DNA from: Candidatus Woesearchaeota archaeon | GTDB lineage: Archaea > Nanobdellota > Nanobdellia > Pacearchaeales > GW2011-AR1 | Assembly (NCBI GenBank): GCA_964509675.1 | Contig: CAZDXC010000001.1 | Coordinates: 115,973-179,972, forward strand | Length of the DNA: 64,000 nucleotides | Direction: 5' to 3' | Part shown: one piece after another, positions 44,914-54,432 of the stretch | Position numbering within the stretch: position 1 is the first letter of the stretch | How the letters are laid out: each line of letters starts with the position of its first letter | Made by a program: the position numbers and the translations under genes | The notes under the pieces: model-generated | Databases searched by the model: none | The model's input: only the letters and a program-made list of their open reading frames with translations | Told to the model about the DNA's origin: nothing

Positions 44914-46359
44914 ATGCTTATTTACTCCGAATGCAGAACTATGGTTGTGGTGATGCCTGATAAATCTGAACGGAGAAGGCAGTAACATTTTTTTAACTTC
45001 TTTTTCAAATTCCCCTTCTTTATATGTTTCCACTTCTCTGACCTCTCTGACTTTCGGAGCCATTAACATATAAGCAAAGAATCTCATAATTCCACTTAAA
45101 AGAAATACAAATAATATCGGACTTAATCCGAAAAAATTAATGCTTGATGAAGCCAAGATTCCTCCAAGAGTGGCTCCTATAAATACAGCCACCCCGTTGA
45201 AAACATTATAATAAGCAATACATAATGCAAGTTTTTCTCTTGTGACAGCATCATATATAAAATTAATCGCGCAAAGATTGAATCCTGACCAAATAAATCC
45301 CGAGAAAAGTTCCAAGACAATTAAATAACCAATTACCAAAGGAATATTTATCTTTACCAACAAAATTGTCAATAACCACAGAATTGGAATCGGAGATACA
45401 AGGATGCCTGTCCAGCGAAGAACTCTGAGATTGCCGAACCTGTCTGCAAATTTTCCCCATATTGGCATGGACACAAAAGCGCTTAATGAATTGGAGATTA
45501 TGACAACAGTCCATACAATATAACTAAAATTAAGATTCTTCAGCATATAAACAGAGAAAAAAGGAGATGCTATTGCTGCTCCAAAGGTTATCAAAGAAAT
45601 AAAAACAGCAAATTTTCCGAAATTGCTTTTGGGTATTCTTTTGATGAATGAAACGAGAGTGAAATAATAACTCTTCTGCAATTTTAATTTTGGATCATAA
45701 TGTTTTGACAGAAGATACCCTGAAACTAATCTCGCTATAAATGCAATTCCAAACAAGGCAAGAAAACCAAAAAACAATAAATTTAATTTCTTGAAATAAT
45801 TCAATACTAAACCGCAAGCCAGCATTACTACAAGTGCTACTGCAGTCATTATTCTGTTTCTTTTTGCAAAATAACTTCCTCTTCCCTTGAGAACAATATC
45901 TTTCATCATGGAATTCCATGCAGGAGACAAAAAAGCTCCGAAGATAATAAATAATGTATAAAAAACAATTACAAGCGTGGCACTGATGCCATGGTCAAGT
46001 CCCTTGTAAAAAAAGAAATAGCCAACCAGAATTATGGGTATCCATATTAATGCCTGAATAAATGCACTTATTACAATTATTTTTTTTCTGGAATATTTTT
46101 CTATTGCTTTTGAGGTAAATAACTGGGAAAAATTCCCCAACAATATAGGAATAGAAGTCAGCAGTCCAATTTGAGTATTATTAGCGCCGACAGCAAGAGC
46201 ATAAGGAGTCATGTATCTCAGCCCTGCACCATCCATAACGCTCACAGAAATACCTTCTTTTATGGATGTTTTTTGGGTATCTTCTCTGCGCAAAGCCTCT
46301 TTTGTGCTCTTAATTATTTTTTCCCGCTCTTTAGCATCTATTCCCTCTTTTTGTTCCAT
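44908..46359 (-). CDS. MFS-type transporter
   Basis: A 483-aa ORF with about 12 TM helices. Confidence 0.75.
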   Translation of the reverse strand: MEQKEGIDAKEREKIIKSTKEALRREDTQKTSIKEGISVSVMDGAGLRYMTPYALAVGANNTQIGLLTSIPILLGNFSQLFTSKAIEKYSRKKIIVISAFIQALIWIPIILVGYFFFYKGLDHGISATLVIVFYTLFIIFGAFLSPAWNSMMKDIVLKGRGSYFAKRNRIMTAVALVVMLACGLVLNYFKKLNLLFFGFLALFGIAFIARLVSGYLLSKHYDPKLKLQKSYYFTLVSFIKRIPKSNFGKFAVFISLITFGAAIASPFFSVYMLKNLNFSYIVWTVVIISNSLSAFVSMPIWGKFADRFGNLRVLRWTGILVSPIPILWLLTILLVKINIPLVIGYLIVLELFSGFIWSGFNLCAINFIYDAVTREKLALCIAYYNVFNGVAVFIGATLGGILASSSINFFGLSPILFVFLLSGIMRFFAYMLMAPKVREVREVETYKEGEFEKEVKKMLLPSPFRFIRHHHNHSSAFGVNKHL

Positions 46360-46443
46360 TTATTACCAAGTAAATTTTTTTAAAATGGGCACTAAGGCTA
46401 AAATTCCACGAATTTTGCTAACCATGCCTCTTTAATAGTTGAA

Positions 46444-46514
46444 TGGGCACGGAGGGAATCGAACCCCCATCTTCTGGTCTGGAGCCAGATAGTCTTCCAC
46501 TAGCCTACGCACCC
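46444..46514 (-). tRNA. tRNA-Trp(CCA)
   Basis: GGGTGCGTAGGCTAGTGGAAGACTATCTGGCTCCAGACCAGAAGATGGGGGTTCGATTCCCTCCGTGCCCA. The acceptor is GGGTGCG/CGTGCCC, the anticodon stem TCTGG/CCAGA carries the loop CTCCAGA, and the T-arm is GGGGG-TTCGATT-CCCTC. The D-stem is imperfect. Confidence 0.7.
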
Positions 46515-46564
46515 TAAACAGTATTAAAAGAAATAACTTATTTTTAATTGTTTTTATTCAAAAA

Positions 46565-48736
46565 TCATCTCTGCCGCATTGATAGTTTTTCATTCCCTTT
46601 CTTTTTCTTGAATAGTCTTCTCAAACCAAGATAGAGGGTTATTAATATTCCAACACTAACAACAGCAATTATACTCGTATAAAAAATAGTTGAAATTGAA
46701 AAAATGCCCATACATTCTCCTTCTTTGCACCCATAACCACATTTTTTTGTTATCAGCCATGTTGAATTTCCGACACACATTTGTATTTGGTCATTAAAGC
46801 ATCTTTTGCTCCCGATTTCACATTCATATTTCCCGAAGAAAACAAGGAATGTTGAAAACCCAGGAGACAATGCACTAAAATAATAATATTGATTATCTTC
46901 ACTTGTATAAGTTGTTGAAAGAATATTCCATTGGCTTTCTAAATCCTGCTTTCTGTAGAGTGCAATATCTCCTACTGTTCCGTTTTGTTCTGCAAGCCAA
47001 GCCTTATTTACCTTAAAGTCAATTGTTGCATTATCAATTTTTTCCTCATTTATTCCTCTTGTGTTTATTTCAAATATTTGGTAAGAAGTTCCAACAGGGA
47101 ACCCCAATTTTAAATCTTTTGGTAAAATATTTATTTTTGAGATTGTTAATGAAGCATTTTGAATTAATTCTGTTACACTAACAGTTATCTTTGTTAAGTC
47201 TATCTCCTTACTGTCTATTATAATTTCTGTCGGCTGATTTGGAGAGATTGAAGACAGAGACTGACTTGTTATTGGCACATTTTGTATTATTTCCCCGCCA
47301 GGCGCATTAACAGTATAAGTTGCTGTTGCAGAGCCAGTATTTCCTACAATATCTGCAAAAGTGCATGTTGTTGTAAATGTTCCTACTTGCGATGTTGAGG
47401 GATTTGGTGTATATAGTGTTAAACTGCTATTAATCCCTGAAAAAACATCACTCGGAGTACAAGAACATGTAATGGTTCCCCCAACAGTAACAGAAGCAGG
47501 AGAACAGGTAAATACTGCTGTCGGGTTTATAGTGTCTACTGAGAATTTGGCTAAATAAATATTTTCATCTTTAGTTCCAGTAACATAAATGTCTCCCAAA
47601 GAAGACTCAATTGCAATCCCATAACCAAGATCTGCCACTATAGCTGAACCTTTGATAGTTGCGTTCCATAAATTGCTTCCTGATGAATTGAATTTTCCTA
47701 TATAGATATCATCATATAAATCAGAACTCCAACGAGAAAATCCTGTAATATAAATGTTAGAACTATTATCCAATGCAATTCCATAGCTGAAATCATTATC
47801 ATTTTGGGGGCCATTAAGAGTGGCATTCCATAAATTGCTTCCTGATGAATTAAATTTTCCCAAATAAATATCTGTAGTTGAAGCATTACTCCAGTAAGAA
47901 TATCCAACAATATAGATAGAATTATTATCTACTGCAATTCCATAACCTAAATCATTCTTATTTTTAGGGCCATCTATAGTTGCGTTCCATAAATTGCTCC
48001 CAGAAGAATTGAACTTTCCCAAATAAATATCTGTAGTTGAAGCATTACTCCAACGAGAAAATCCGGTAATATAAATAGAATTATTGCTTATTGCAATTCC
48101 ATGTCCTTCATCATCTTTTCTTTGAGGACCATCTATAGTTGCATTCCACAAATTGCTTCCAGAAGAGTTGAACTTTCCTACATAGATATCTCCGCTTGTG
48201 GCATTGCTCCAAAGAGATTTCCCAATTACATAAATAGAACCATTACTTACTGCAATCCCATAGCCAAAATCACTTTTATTTTGAAAACCATCTATTGTAG
48301 CATTCCAAATATTTGCTCCGTTTGTTGAGTTGAATTTTCCAATATAAATGTCATAATAAGTAGCAGAGTTCCAAAGAGAAGAGCCTACAACATAGATATT
48401 TGATTCATTATCAACTGCTATTCCATAACCAACGTCGTCATTATTTTGGGGGCCATTAAGAGTGGCATTCCATAAATTGCTTCCTGATGAATTGAATTTT
48501 CCTACATAGATATCTCCGCTTGTAGCGTTACTCCAATAAGATTGCCCCACAACATAGACATTTGAATTATTATCTATTGCAACCCCATAACCATAATCAT
48601 AACTATTTTGGGGTCCATCCATTGTAACATTCCACAAAACAGTTGCAGGATTTTCTGCAATAACAAAAAGATATAAAAATATGGCAATTACAAAAAACAA
48701 AGAAAAAAATATTATCAACCTCTTCTTTTTAATCAT
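46565..48736 (-). CDS. large cell-surface protein with about eight tandem repeats of about 48 aa and a C-terminal TM anchor
   Basis: Repeat unit S(G/N)(D/T)IYxGKFNSSGSNLWNATxxGPQN...GYGIAxDN. A Cys-rich module (CEIGSKRCFNDQIQMCVGNSTW..CGYGCKEGEC) is followed by a TM helix and an RRLFKKKK tail. Confidence 0.6.
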   Translation of the reverse strand: MIKKKRLIIFFSLFFVIAIFLYLFVIAENPATVLWNVTMDGPQNSYDYGYGVAIDNNSNVYVVGQSYWSNATSGDIYVGKFNSSGSNLWNATLNGPQNNDDVGYGIAVDNESNIYVVGSSLWNSATYYDIYIGKFNSTNGANIWNATIDGFQNKSDFGYGIAVSNGSIYVIGKSLWSNATSGDIYVGKFNSSGSNLWNATIDGPQRKDDEGHGIAISNNSIYITGFSRWSNASTTDIYLGKFNSSGSNLWNATIDGPKNKNDLGYGIAVDNNSIYIVGYSYWSNASTTDIYLGKFNSSGSNLWNATLNGPQNDNDFSYGIALDNSSNIYITGFSRWSSDLYDDIYIGKFNSSGSNLWNATIKGSAIVADLGYGIAIESSLGDIYVTGTKDENIYLAKFSVDTINPTAVFTCSPASVTVGGTITCSCTPSDVFSGINSSLTLYTPNPSTSQVGTFTTTCTFADIVGNTGSATATYTVNAPGGEIIQNVPITSQSLSSISPNQPTEIIIDSKEIDLTKITVSVTELIQNASLTISKINILPKDLKLGFPVGTSYQIFEINTRGINEEKIDNATIDFKVNKAWLAEQNGTVGDIALYRKQDLESQWNILSTTYTSEDNQYYYFSALSPGFSTFLVFFGKYECEIGSKRCFNDQIQMCVGNSTWLITKKCGYGCKEGECMGIFSISTIFYTSIIAVVSVGILITLYLGLRRLFKKKKGNEKLSMRQR

Positions 48737-48775
48737 AATTATTATAACAGGGAGAACTATAAAAATATTTCTTAT

Positions 48776-49453
48776 TTATCTTAATTTTTCCATTTCTTTT
48801 ATCTCGCCATCAGAGATAGAAGCTCCATTAAATTTTAATGCATAGAGAAGAGCATCAAGAATGTTGTGATTTTTCAGTTTTATAATTCCCTTTTTGTAAG
48901 CAATATAGATTAACTCAGTTGAACGTATAAACTTGAAATTCTCAAACATTTTTAGGTTTTCTTTTTGGGTTCTTATGGGTGTATGAAGTTTTTTCTCCAA
49001 TAAAATTAATAAATTTTCGGGTTTTTCCCCCAAAAGTCTTGTTGTCCTTTCATCAACAGACAAAACATTTTCTGTTCCTTTCTCACTTAGAAGTTTGCTT
49101 AACACCAAACATGAAGTCTCTCCTGAATCAATCAGGTGTATTGCACTCTTTTTTCCAAAAAAAGTATTATTCGCAAGTTTCATCATCTCAGAGGTCATTT
49201 TTGATAATTTATTTTCATCAATTCCCAAAGAAGAAGGCATTTCAAGAACTTTGTCTGTAATTAATTCCTTGAGTTTTAATGCTTCAAGTTCAAATCTTTT
49301 TATTTTCATTGGCTTGTCAACAATTTCATTCACAACTTCTCTTGTCACCAAAAATTTGCCATTAAATGATTTTTTCAATTCTCTAAATTCCCTCAGCAAG
49401 CCATTCATTGTAAAATTTATCAGGGTGCTTGAATCAAAAATTATTGCTTTCAT
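48776..49453 (-). CDS. PIN-domain-like protein with a C-terminal extension
   Basis: IIFDSSTLINF (D1), TREVVNE, HLIDSGETSCL and VLSVDERT give the acidic-residue spacing of a PIN nuclease. Confidence 0.45.
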   Translation of the reverse strand: MKAIIFDSSTLINFTMNGLLREFRELKKSFNGKFLVTREVVNEIVDKPMKIKRFELEALKLKELITDKVLEMPSSLGIDENKLSKMTSEMMKLANNTFFGKKSAIHLIDSGETSCLVLSKLLSEKGTENVLSVDERTTRLLGEKPENLLILLEKKLHTPIRTQKENLKMFENFKFIRSTELIYIAYKKGIIKLKNHNILDALLYALKFNGASISDGEIKEMEKLR

Positions 49454-49487
49454 TTAAAATCTTCTTTGCATTTAATTTCCTTTTTAC

Positions 49488-50048
49488 TCATCTGAACATG
49501 TCCATCGCAGTTTTAATCCTTGATTTGACATCAATGGTTTTTGTAAGAGAAATATTTGCATCTGGTTTTTGTCCTGCATAGCCCGCGAGTTCAAACATTG
49601 TAATTCCCAAAAGAGCTGCAGTTTTTTCCATAGAAATACCATGTTCATAAATCTTTGATGCTTTGTTTATTTGCGCTTTCCTAAAAACATCCTTGATATA
49701 AGTCTTAAGTTTCCCTGAAAGTTTTGAGACAGCTTTTCTGATAGATATCAAGCTATTTTTGAGTTTCTGCGTGTTATCTTTTTTTATAGCATCTATGGAA
49801 TTATCAATTGCAGAAATAATCACTTTGTAAAAATCTTTCCATCCTGCAAGACTTCTGTATTCTGTTCTTTCAATTATCTTACTTATTGAATAAACAGCCA
49901 CTGCAACTGCGATATTATCCGGATCTTGTGTAAGCGAAGCCGTATTATTTGTCTGATTGCTCAATTCTTTCAGCTTAGCAGAATCATTGTCTTTTATATC
50001 TTCCCTTGTCTCCTTAAGAATTCTCAAAATATTCTCTTTCTCTTGCAT
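49488..50048 (-). CDS. hypothetical protein with a C-terminal HTH-like segment, upstream of the PIN gene
   Basis: A 186-aa ORF with ISMEKTAALLGITMFELAGYAG near the C-terminus. Confidence 0.4.
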   Translation of the reverse strand: MQEKENILRILKETREDIKDNDSAKLKELSNQTNNTASLTQDPDNIAVAVAVYSISKIIERTEYRSLAGWKDFYKVIISAIDNSIDAIKKDNTQKLKNSLISIRKAVSKLSGKLKTYIKDVFRKAQINKASKIYEHGISMEKTAALLGITMFELAGYAGQKPDANISLTKTIDVKSRIKTAMDMFR

Positions 50049-50155
50049 TTGAATAACCTCATTAAGTTCAAGTGCAAGTTAAAGATTTCCAAATTCAAAT
50101 GGAGAGTCTTTGACCTGCATAATAAAAAATAGAAAAGAACATTAATAAATGTTTT

Positions 50156-50515
50156 TTATTTGTCAAAAAATTTTACATAAGAATCTTTTATTTCTTTATG
50201 CAGCTTTTTTGTTAAGCATCTCCTATTTTTAAACGGAGTATCTGTGCTAAGGAACATACTAACAAAATTTTCCTTTTCCTCTTTAGAATCCCAGTAATCA
50301 ACAAAATTAACAAAAGCTATCTGAGTGTAAGCAATTCCTTCCTTATATCTTTTAAACATAAAAGCAGGCCAATCTTCATCACCCATATCAACCTCTGCCT
50401 TTATCTTTTCTCCTATAAACCTGACAAGATTTCTTGCTTCTCCTGCATTTAATGGTTTCATAAGGCGATAATATTCCCAACAGATTTTTGGTTCCACATT
50501 AAAAAGATTAACCAC
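50156..50515 (-). CDS. hypothetical protein
   Basis: A 119-aa ORF. Confidence 0.4.
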   Translation of the reverse strand: MVNLFNVEPKICWEYYRLMKPLNAGEARNLVRFIGEKIKAEVDMGDEDWPAFMFKRYKEGIAYTQIAFVNFVDYWDSKEEKENFVSMFLSTDTPFKNRRCLTKKLHKEIKDSYVKFFDK

Positions 50516-50577
50516 TAATTTTTAAAGATTCTTGCAATAAAAGATGCATTTTTAAAAGAATATGTATTATTATTAAA

Positions 50578-50946
50578 ATGAAATATACAGTCCTTGATGC
50601 CAACTTTATACTTTCATGCATAAGAAAGAAAATAGATTTTTTTGAAAAAATTCCACTAATGGGAATGAAAATTTTAATCCCTTTGCAGGTTTTGGATGAA
50701 ATAAAAAAAATTTCATTTTCGGGCAAGGGAAAATTCAAGGAAGAAGCCAAGCTTGCATTAACACTTTTAAGAAATCAGAAGTTCAAAAGAGTGGATTTAT
50801 ACACAAAAAATGTTGACAATGGATTAATAAAACTTGCAAATGAAAATGAGAATTACATTATTGCTACATTAGACAAAAAAATAAAAAACAAAACCCAAAA
50901 TCATAATTTAGTGATAAGGGGGGAGAAAAATTTAGAAATTATCTAA
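50578..50946 (+). CDS. PIN-domain nuclease (VapC/Fcf1-like)
   Basis: YTVLDANFIL at the N-terminus, a Q.LDEIK motif, and YIIATLDK near the C-terminus. Confidence 0.55.
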   Translation: MKYTVLDANFILSCIRKKIDFFEKIPLMGMKILIPLQVLDEIKKISFSGKGKFKEEAKLALTLLRNQKFKRVDLYTKNVDNGLIKLANENENYIIATLDKKIKNKTQNHNLVIRGEKNLEII

Positions 50947-51005
50947 CTTTCAAAGCTTTCAAAGATAACCTTTAAAAAGCATTTTTTATTATAATTTTTG
51001 ATAAA

Positions 51006-51608
51006 ATGTTCTATTTAACTGAAGTAGAGGACTATATTCGGGTAGAACCAAAATTATTCGGTTTGCCTACTATAGAGTCTGTTGAGCAACAGCTTAAAGA
51101 AAGTTATACAGATTATTATGACAAGGAAATCGGAAGCGTCATAGCAATAATTGAAGTTCTTGAGGTTGGAGAGGGAGTTATAATTCCTGGAGATGGCGCT
51201 GCTTATTATCGTTCGACATTCAAATTGCTTGTATGGAAACCTGAATTGCAGGAATTGGTTTATGGGGTGGTCTCAGAGATAACAAATTTCGGGGCATTTA
51301 TGGATTTGGGAGTAATGAAAGGAATGATTCATATTTCACAGACAATGGACGATTATGTGAGTTTCAGCAAGACAAATTCCCTTGTTGGAAAGGCTTCCAA
51401 GAGAACATTAAAAACAGGAGACTTGTGCCTGGCAAGAATTGTTGCAATAAGCCACAAAGGAGGAGAATTAAAAGTAGGATTAACAATGCGGCAGCCGGGT
51501 TTAGGGAAACTAGACTGGATTAAGGAAGATGAAATTAAAAAGACAAAAGCAGAACAAAAAGCACTGAAGGAAGAAAAAGCAGCGAAGGGAGGAAAAAAGA
51601 AAAAATGA
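51006..51608 (+). CDS. rpoE: RNA polymerase subunit E' (Rpb7 homolog)
   Basis: MFYLTEVEDYIRVEPKLFG...GSVIAIIEV..GEGVIIPGDGAAYY...FGAFMDLGVMKGMIHISQTMDDYVSF matches Rpb7/E' closely. Confidence 0.9.
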   Translation: MFYLTEVEDYIRVEPKLFGLPTIESVEQQLKESYTDYYDKEIGSVIAIIEVLEVGEGVIIPGDGAAYYRSTFKLLVWKPELQELVYGVVSEITNFGAFMDLGVMKGMIHISQTMDDYVSFSKTNSLVGKASKRTLKTGDLCLARIVAISHKGGELKVGLTMRQPGLGKLDWIKEDEIKKTKAEQKALKEEKAAKGGKKKK

Positions 51609-51868
51609 TAGAAATGCACACATTCATACCAAAAGAAAATATTGATTTTAAGAATTTATTTGCTAAAAAAATCGGTTATTCAAAAGATGTTTTTTATTTC
51701 GGGGAAACAAAAGAAGATAAAAGCCTTTATTATGTAGCAAACACAACAGCAATAGTTAATGAGTATAGCATATTAATAATTGGTGAATTAAGAGACATAG
51801 AAAAATCACGTGCACTTTTGGAAGATAAATTAAAAATGAAATTAACAGAATCTATTTTAAAAAACTAA
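51605..51868 (+). CDS. hypothetical protein inserted between rpoE' and spt4
   Basis: An 87-aa ORF coupled on both sides (4-nt overlap upstream, 1-nt gap downstream). Confidence 0.4.
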   Translation: MIEMHTFIPKENIDFKNLFAKKIGYSKDVFYFGETKEDKSLYYVANTTAIVNEYSILIIGELRDIEKSRALLEDKLKMKLTESILKN

Positions 51869-51869
51869 A

Positions 51870-52052
51870 ATGAAACAAAAAGCATGCAAAATTTGCAAGA
51901 CAATATATGAAGGAGAAAAATGTCCTAGATGCGAATCCAAGGAATCTACTGAAAGTTTTAAGGGAAGAATAGTATTATTAAATCCCGAAAAGTCAGAAAT
52001 TGCTCAAAAGTTAAAATTAAAAGAAAAAGGAAATTTTGCAATTAAAATATAA
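51870..52052 (+). CDS. spt4: transcription elongation factor Spt4 (RpoE'')
   Basis: A 60-aa ORF with the zinc ribbon ACKICKTIYEGEKCPRCES and the C-terminal GRIVLLNPEKSEIAQKL...KGNFAIKI. Confidence 0.8.
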   Translation: MKQKACKICKTIYEGEKCPRCESKESTESFKGRIVLLNPEKSEIAQKLKLKEKGNFAIKI

Positions 52053-52060
52053 TTTCTAAA

Positions 52061-52378
52061 ATGAAAAATTTGAAAATTTTAGAACAAAAAGAAAATCCTC
52101 TCTTTAACAGAAAGGAAATAGAGATAATCATAGAAACAAGTATAGCTCCGAAGATTCAGGAAGCAAAAGAATTTATCGCAAAAGAATTTTCATCTGATGC
52201 AGAAAATATAAAAGTCAAAAAAATAAAAGGAAGATTCGGTTCAAATAATTTTATAATAACTGCAAACATATATGGTTCAAGGGAAGACAAGGAAAAAACA
52301 GAACCCAAATCAAAAAAAGAAAAAAAGTTTGAAGAACAAAAAGCAGCTGAAAATAAAACAGAGGAAAAGAAAGAATGA
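52061..52378 (+). CDS. rps24e: ribosomal protein S24e
   Basis: NPLFNRKEIEIIIE...KGRFGSNNFIITANIYGS, with a Lys/Glu-rich tail. Confidence 0.85.
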   Translation: MKNLKILEQKENPLFNRKEIEIIIETSIAPKIQEAKEFIAKEFSSDAENIKVKKIKGRFGSNNFIITANIYGSREDKEKTEPKSKKEKKFEEQKAAENKTEEKKE

Positions 52379-52635
52379 TGTATGGCAAATTATACCACAC
52401 AATAATTGATTTCCCTGCATACATAAATATACCTTTCCATTCATCTTTAGATAAATTGTATGGAAGAACAATTGCAGCAACAACCCAATTATTAGTAGGA
52501 AGTATAGATTTATTATTGACAAAAGATAAAAAAAGATATATACATGTTAGAAATTTTAGAAATATGGCCAAGAATAAATTGTTGGGAGATAAAGATTACA
52601 CATTAAAATGGATGAAGGAAATAGTTAAAGAATAA
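52375..52635 (+). CDS. hypothetical protein inserted between S24e and S27ae
   Basis: An 86-aa ORF overlapping its neighbours by 4 and 1 nt. Confidence 0.35.
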   Translation: MMYGKLYHTIIDFPAYINIPFHSSLDKLYGRTIAATTQLLVGSIDLLLTKDKKRYIHVRNFRNMAKNKLLGDKDYTLKWMKEIVKE

Positions 52636-52850
52636 TGGCAAAAAAATCAGCAGTAAAAAAAGGAAAAAAACCGCACAAGAACAAACCCACAAGCAAGAAA
52701 TATACCAAATATAAAATAGAATCTGGTTCGAATACAATTGTGCGAGAAAAAACCTGTCCGAGATGCGGTCCAGGAGTTTTTTTAATGCAGGCAAAAGACA
52801 GGGTTTATTGTGGCAAGTGCCATTACTCTGAGTTTGAAAGCAAGAAATAA
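52635..52850 (+). CDS. rps27ae: ribosomal protein S27ae (eS31)
   Basis: A basic N-terminus followed by the zinc ribbon CPRCGPGVFLMQAKDRVYCGKCHY. Confidence 0.85.
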   Translation: MAKKSAVKKGKKPHKNKPTSKKYTKYKIESGSNTIVREKTCPRCGPGVFLMQAKDRVYCGKCHYSEFESKK

Positions 52851-52951
52851 TCACAATAAACAGTGCCAGATTTTAGACTGGATTATTTTTAATAATTATT
52901 TCTTAAGGTTGATAATTAATTTCAAGAAATTATTTCAAACCCTGGGAGATT

Positions 52952-53002
52952 CTTCAGATTGATCAAAAAGATAATCTGAAGCCTCTCCTGGGGAAAAAGA
53001 GG
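52952..53002 (+). terminator. tandem hairpins downstream of the rpoE-spt4-S24e-S27ae operon
   Basis: A perfect 9-bp stem CTTCAGATT/AATCTGAAG (loop 12 nt) is followed by a CCTCT...AGAGG stem and a T-rich run. Confidence 0.45.
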
Positions 53003-53205
53003 TGATAAGAATTATAATATCATTTACTATATAAATCTTTCTATTTTGTTACTTTTCTAAAATGACAACCCATAGTAAACATAAAGTAGTGAATTTATTT
53101 TTTGAAAAAGACTTTATTAGGCACTACAAATAAATTTATTAACCACTACATTCTATATTATTAGGCACTACAAAACAATTTTAAATACAATTTCATTATA
53201 TAATT

Positions 53206-54027
53206 ATGGAAAAATCAGAAAAAGAGATAAAATCAAGTGTAAAACAAGAGCAAATTCATGACTTGTTATTTAACAGAGAACTCGGATGGCAGGAAATAAT
53301 CTATGATTTGATAAATACAGAACAATTAGATCCCTGGGACATAGACATAACTATTCTCTCTAACAAGTATTTAGAGAAGATAAAAGAAATTGAAGAAGCA
53401 GATTTTTTTGTTTCAAGCAAGGTTCTTCTTGCTGCTTCTCTGCTTTTAAGAATAAAATCAGAAATTCTCCTGAATAGGTACATAAAAAGCATTGATGAAA
53501 TACTATTTGGAAAAAAAGAACAGCCAAAATACTCTTTGGAGAGAATTGAATTAGATGAAGATATTCCTGAACTCATACCAAGAAGCCCTCTTCCAAGATT
53601 TAAGAAAGTAACATTGCAGGAATTAATGGAATCACTAAACAAGGCAATAATAACAGAAAACAGAAGAATAAAAAGAGAAATAGTAACAAAAGACACTTTC
53701 AGAGAGGCTGCAATTGCTCTCCCAAAAAGAAAATTCAGCATAAAAAACAAGATAATAGAAGTTTACAGGAATCTCAAGGAAAAATTCAAAAAAGACAAAG
53801 AAAAAAATAAAATTTCCTACAATGAATTTGTAAATAATAACAGAGAAGAAAAAATATTCTCTTTTCTTCCATTGCTGTATTTGGAAGAGCAAAAAAAAGT
53901 CTGGCTTGAACAGGAAAAGCCATTTGAAGAAGTTTATATCTGGCTAAAAGATGTTTTTCTGAAACACAATCCAGATCCTTTTACTGATTTGAAAGAAACA
54001 GATGAGGAAATTGAGAAGAAAGATTAA
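53206..54027 (+). CDS. scpA: segregation and condensation protein A (kleisin)
   Basis: N-terminal ELGWQEIIYDLINTEQLDPWDIDITILSNKYLEKI (the kleisin N-domain) and a C-terminal winged-helix region. Confidence 0.75.
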   Translation: MEKSEKEIKSSVKQEQIHDLLFNRELGWQEIIYDLINTEQLDPWDIDITILSNKYLEKIKEIEEADFFVSSKVLLAASLLLRIKSEILLNRYIKSIDEILFGKKEQPKYSLERIELDEDIPELIPRSPLPRFKKVTLQELMESLNKAIITENRRIKREIVTKDTFREAAIALPKRKFSIKNKIIEVYRNLKEKFKKDKEKNKISYNEFVNNNREEKIFSFLPLLYLEEQKKVWLEQEKPFEEVYIWLKDVFLKHNPDPFTDLKETDEEIEKKD

Positions 54028-54348
54028 TCAAAAGTCTCTTGCAACAATTTCTCTGTCTAAATAATAATCTTTACCTTTTTTGACTAATTTTACCTTATCA
54101 CCAACATCGTATCTAAAATCTGCACTATTAGCAGAATCTTTGAATTTTCTAATATAAATGATTTTGCCAGAAGAAAGTTTTATTTCTGCATCCCATTGAC
54201 TAGAATCTGCAAAAAAACCACCACCAGTCGCAGGAGTGTATTTTTCTTTTATAACATTTCCTTCTACCGTTAACTTTTCTACACATGAAGAAAGTCCACC
54301 AATAGTTAAAATCCCTGCCAATATCGGAGCAATTAAATTTCTTTTCAT
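54028..54348 (-). CDS. small lipoprotein-like secreted protein
   Basis: Signal peptide with a lipobox-like LSSC, in a 106-aa ORF. Confidence 0.45.
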   Translation of the reverse strand: MKRNLIAPILAGILTIGGLSSCVEKLTVEGNVIKEKYTPATGGGFFADSSQWDAEIKLSSGKIIYIRKFKDSANSADFRYDVGDKVKLVKKGKDYYLDREIVARDF

Positions 54349-54432
54349 ATTTCAAGCATGAAATAGCTATTTTTAAAGATTTATATAATAAATTATATAT
54401 TTGAACACATAAATCCTTAAATATTAATTTTA

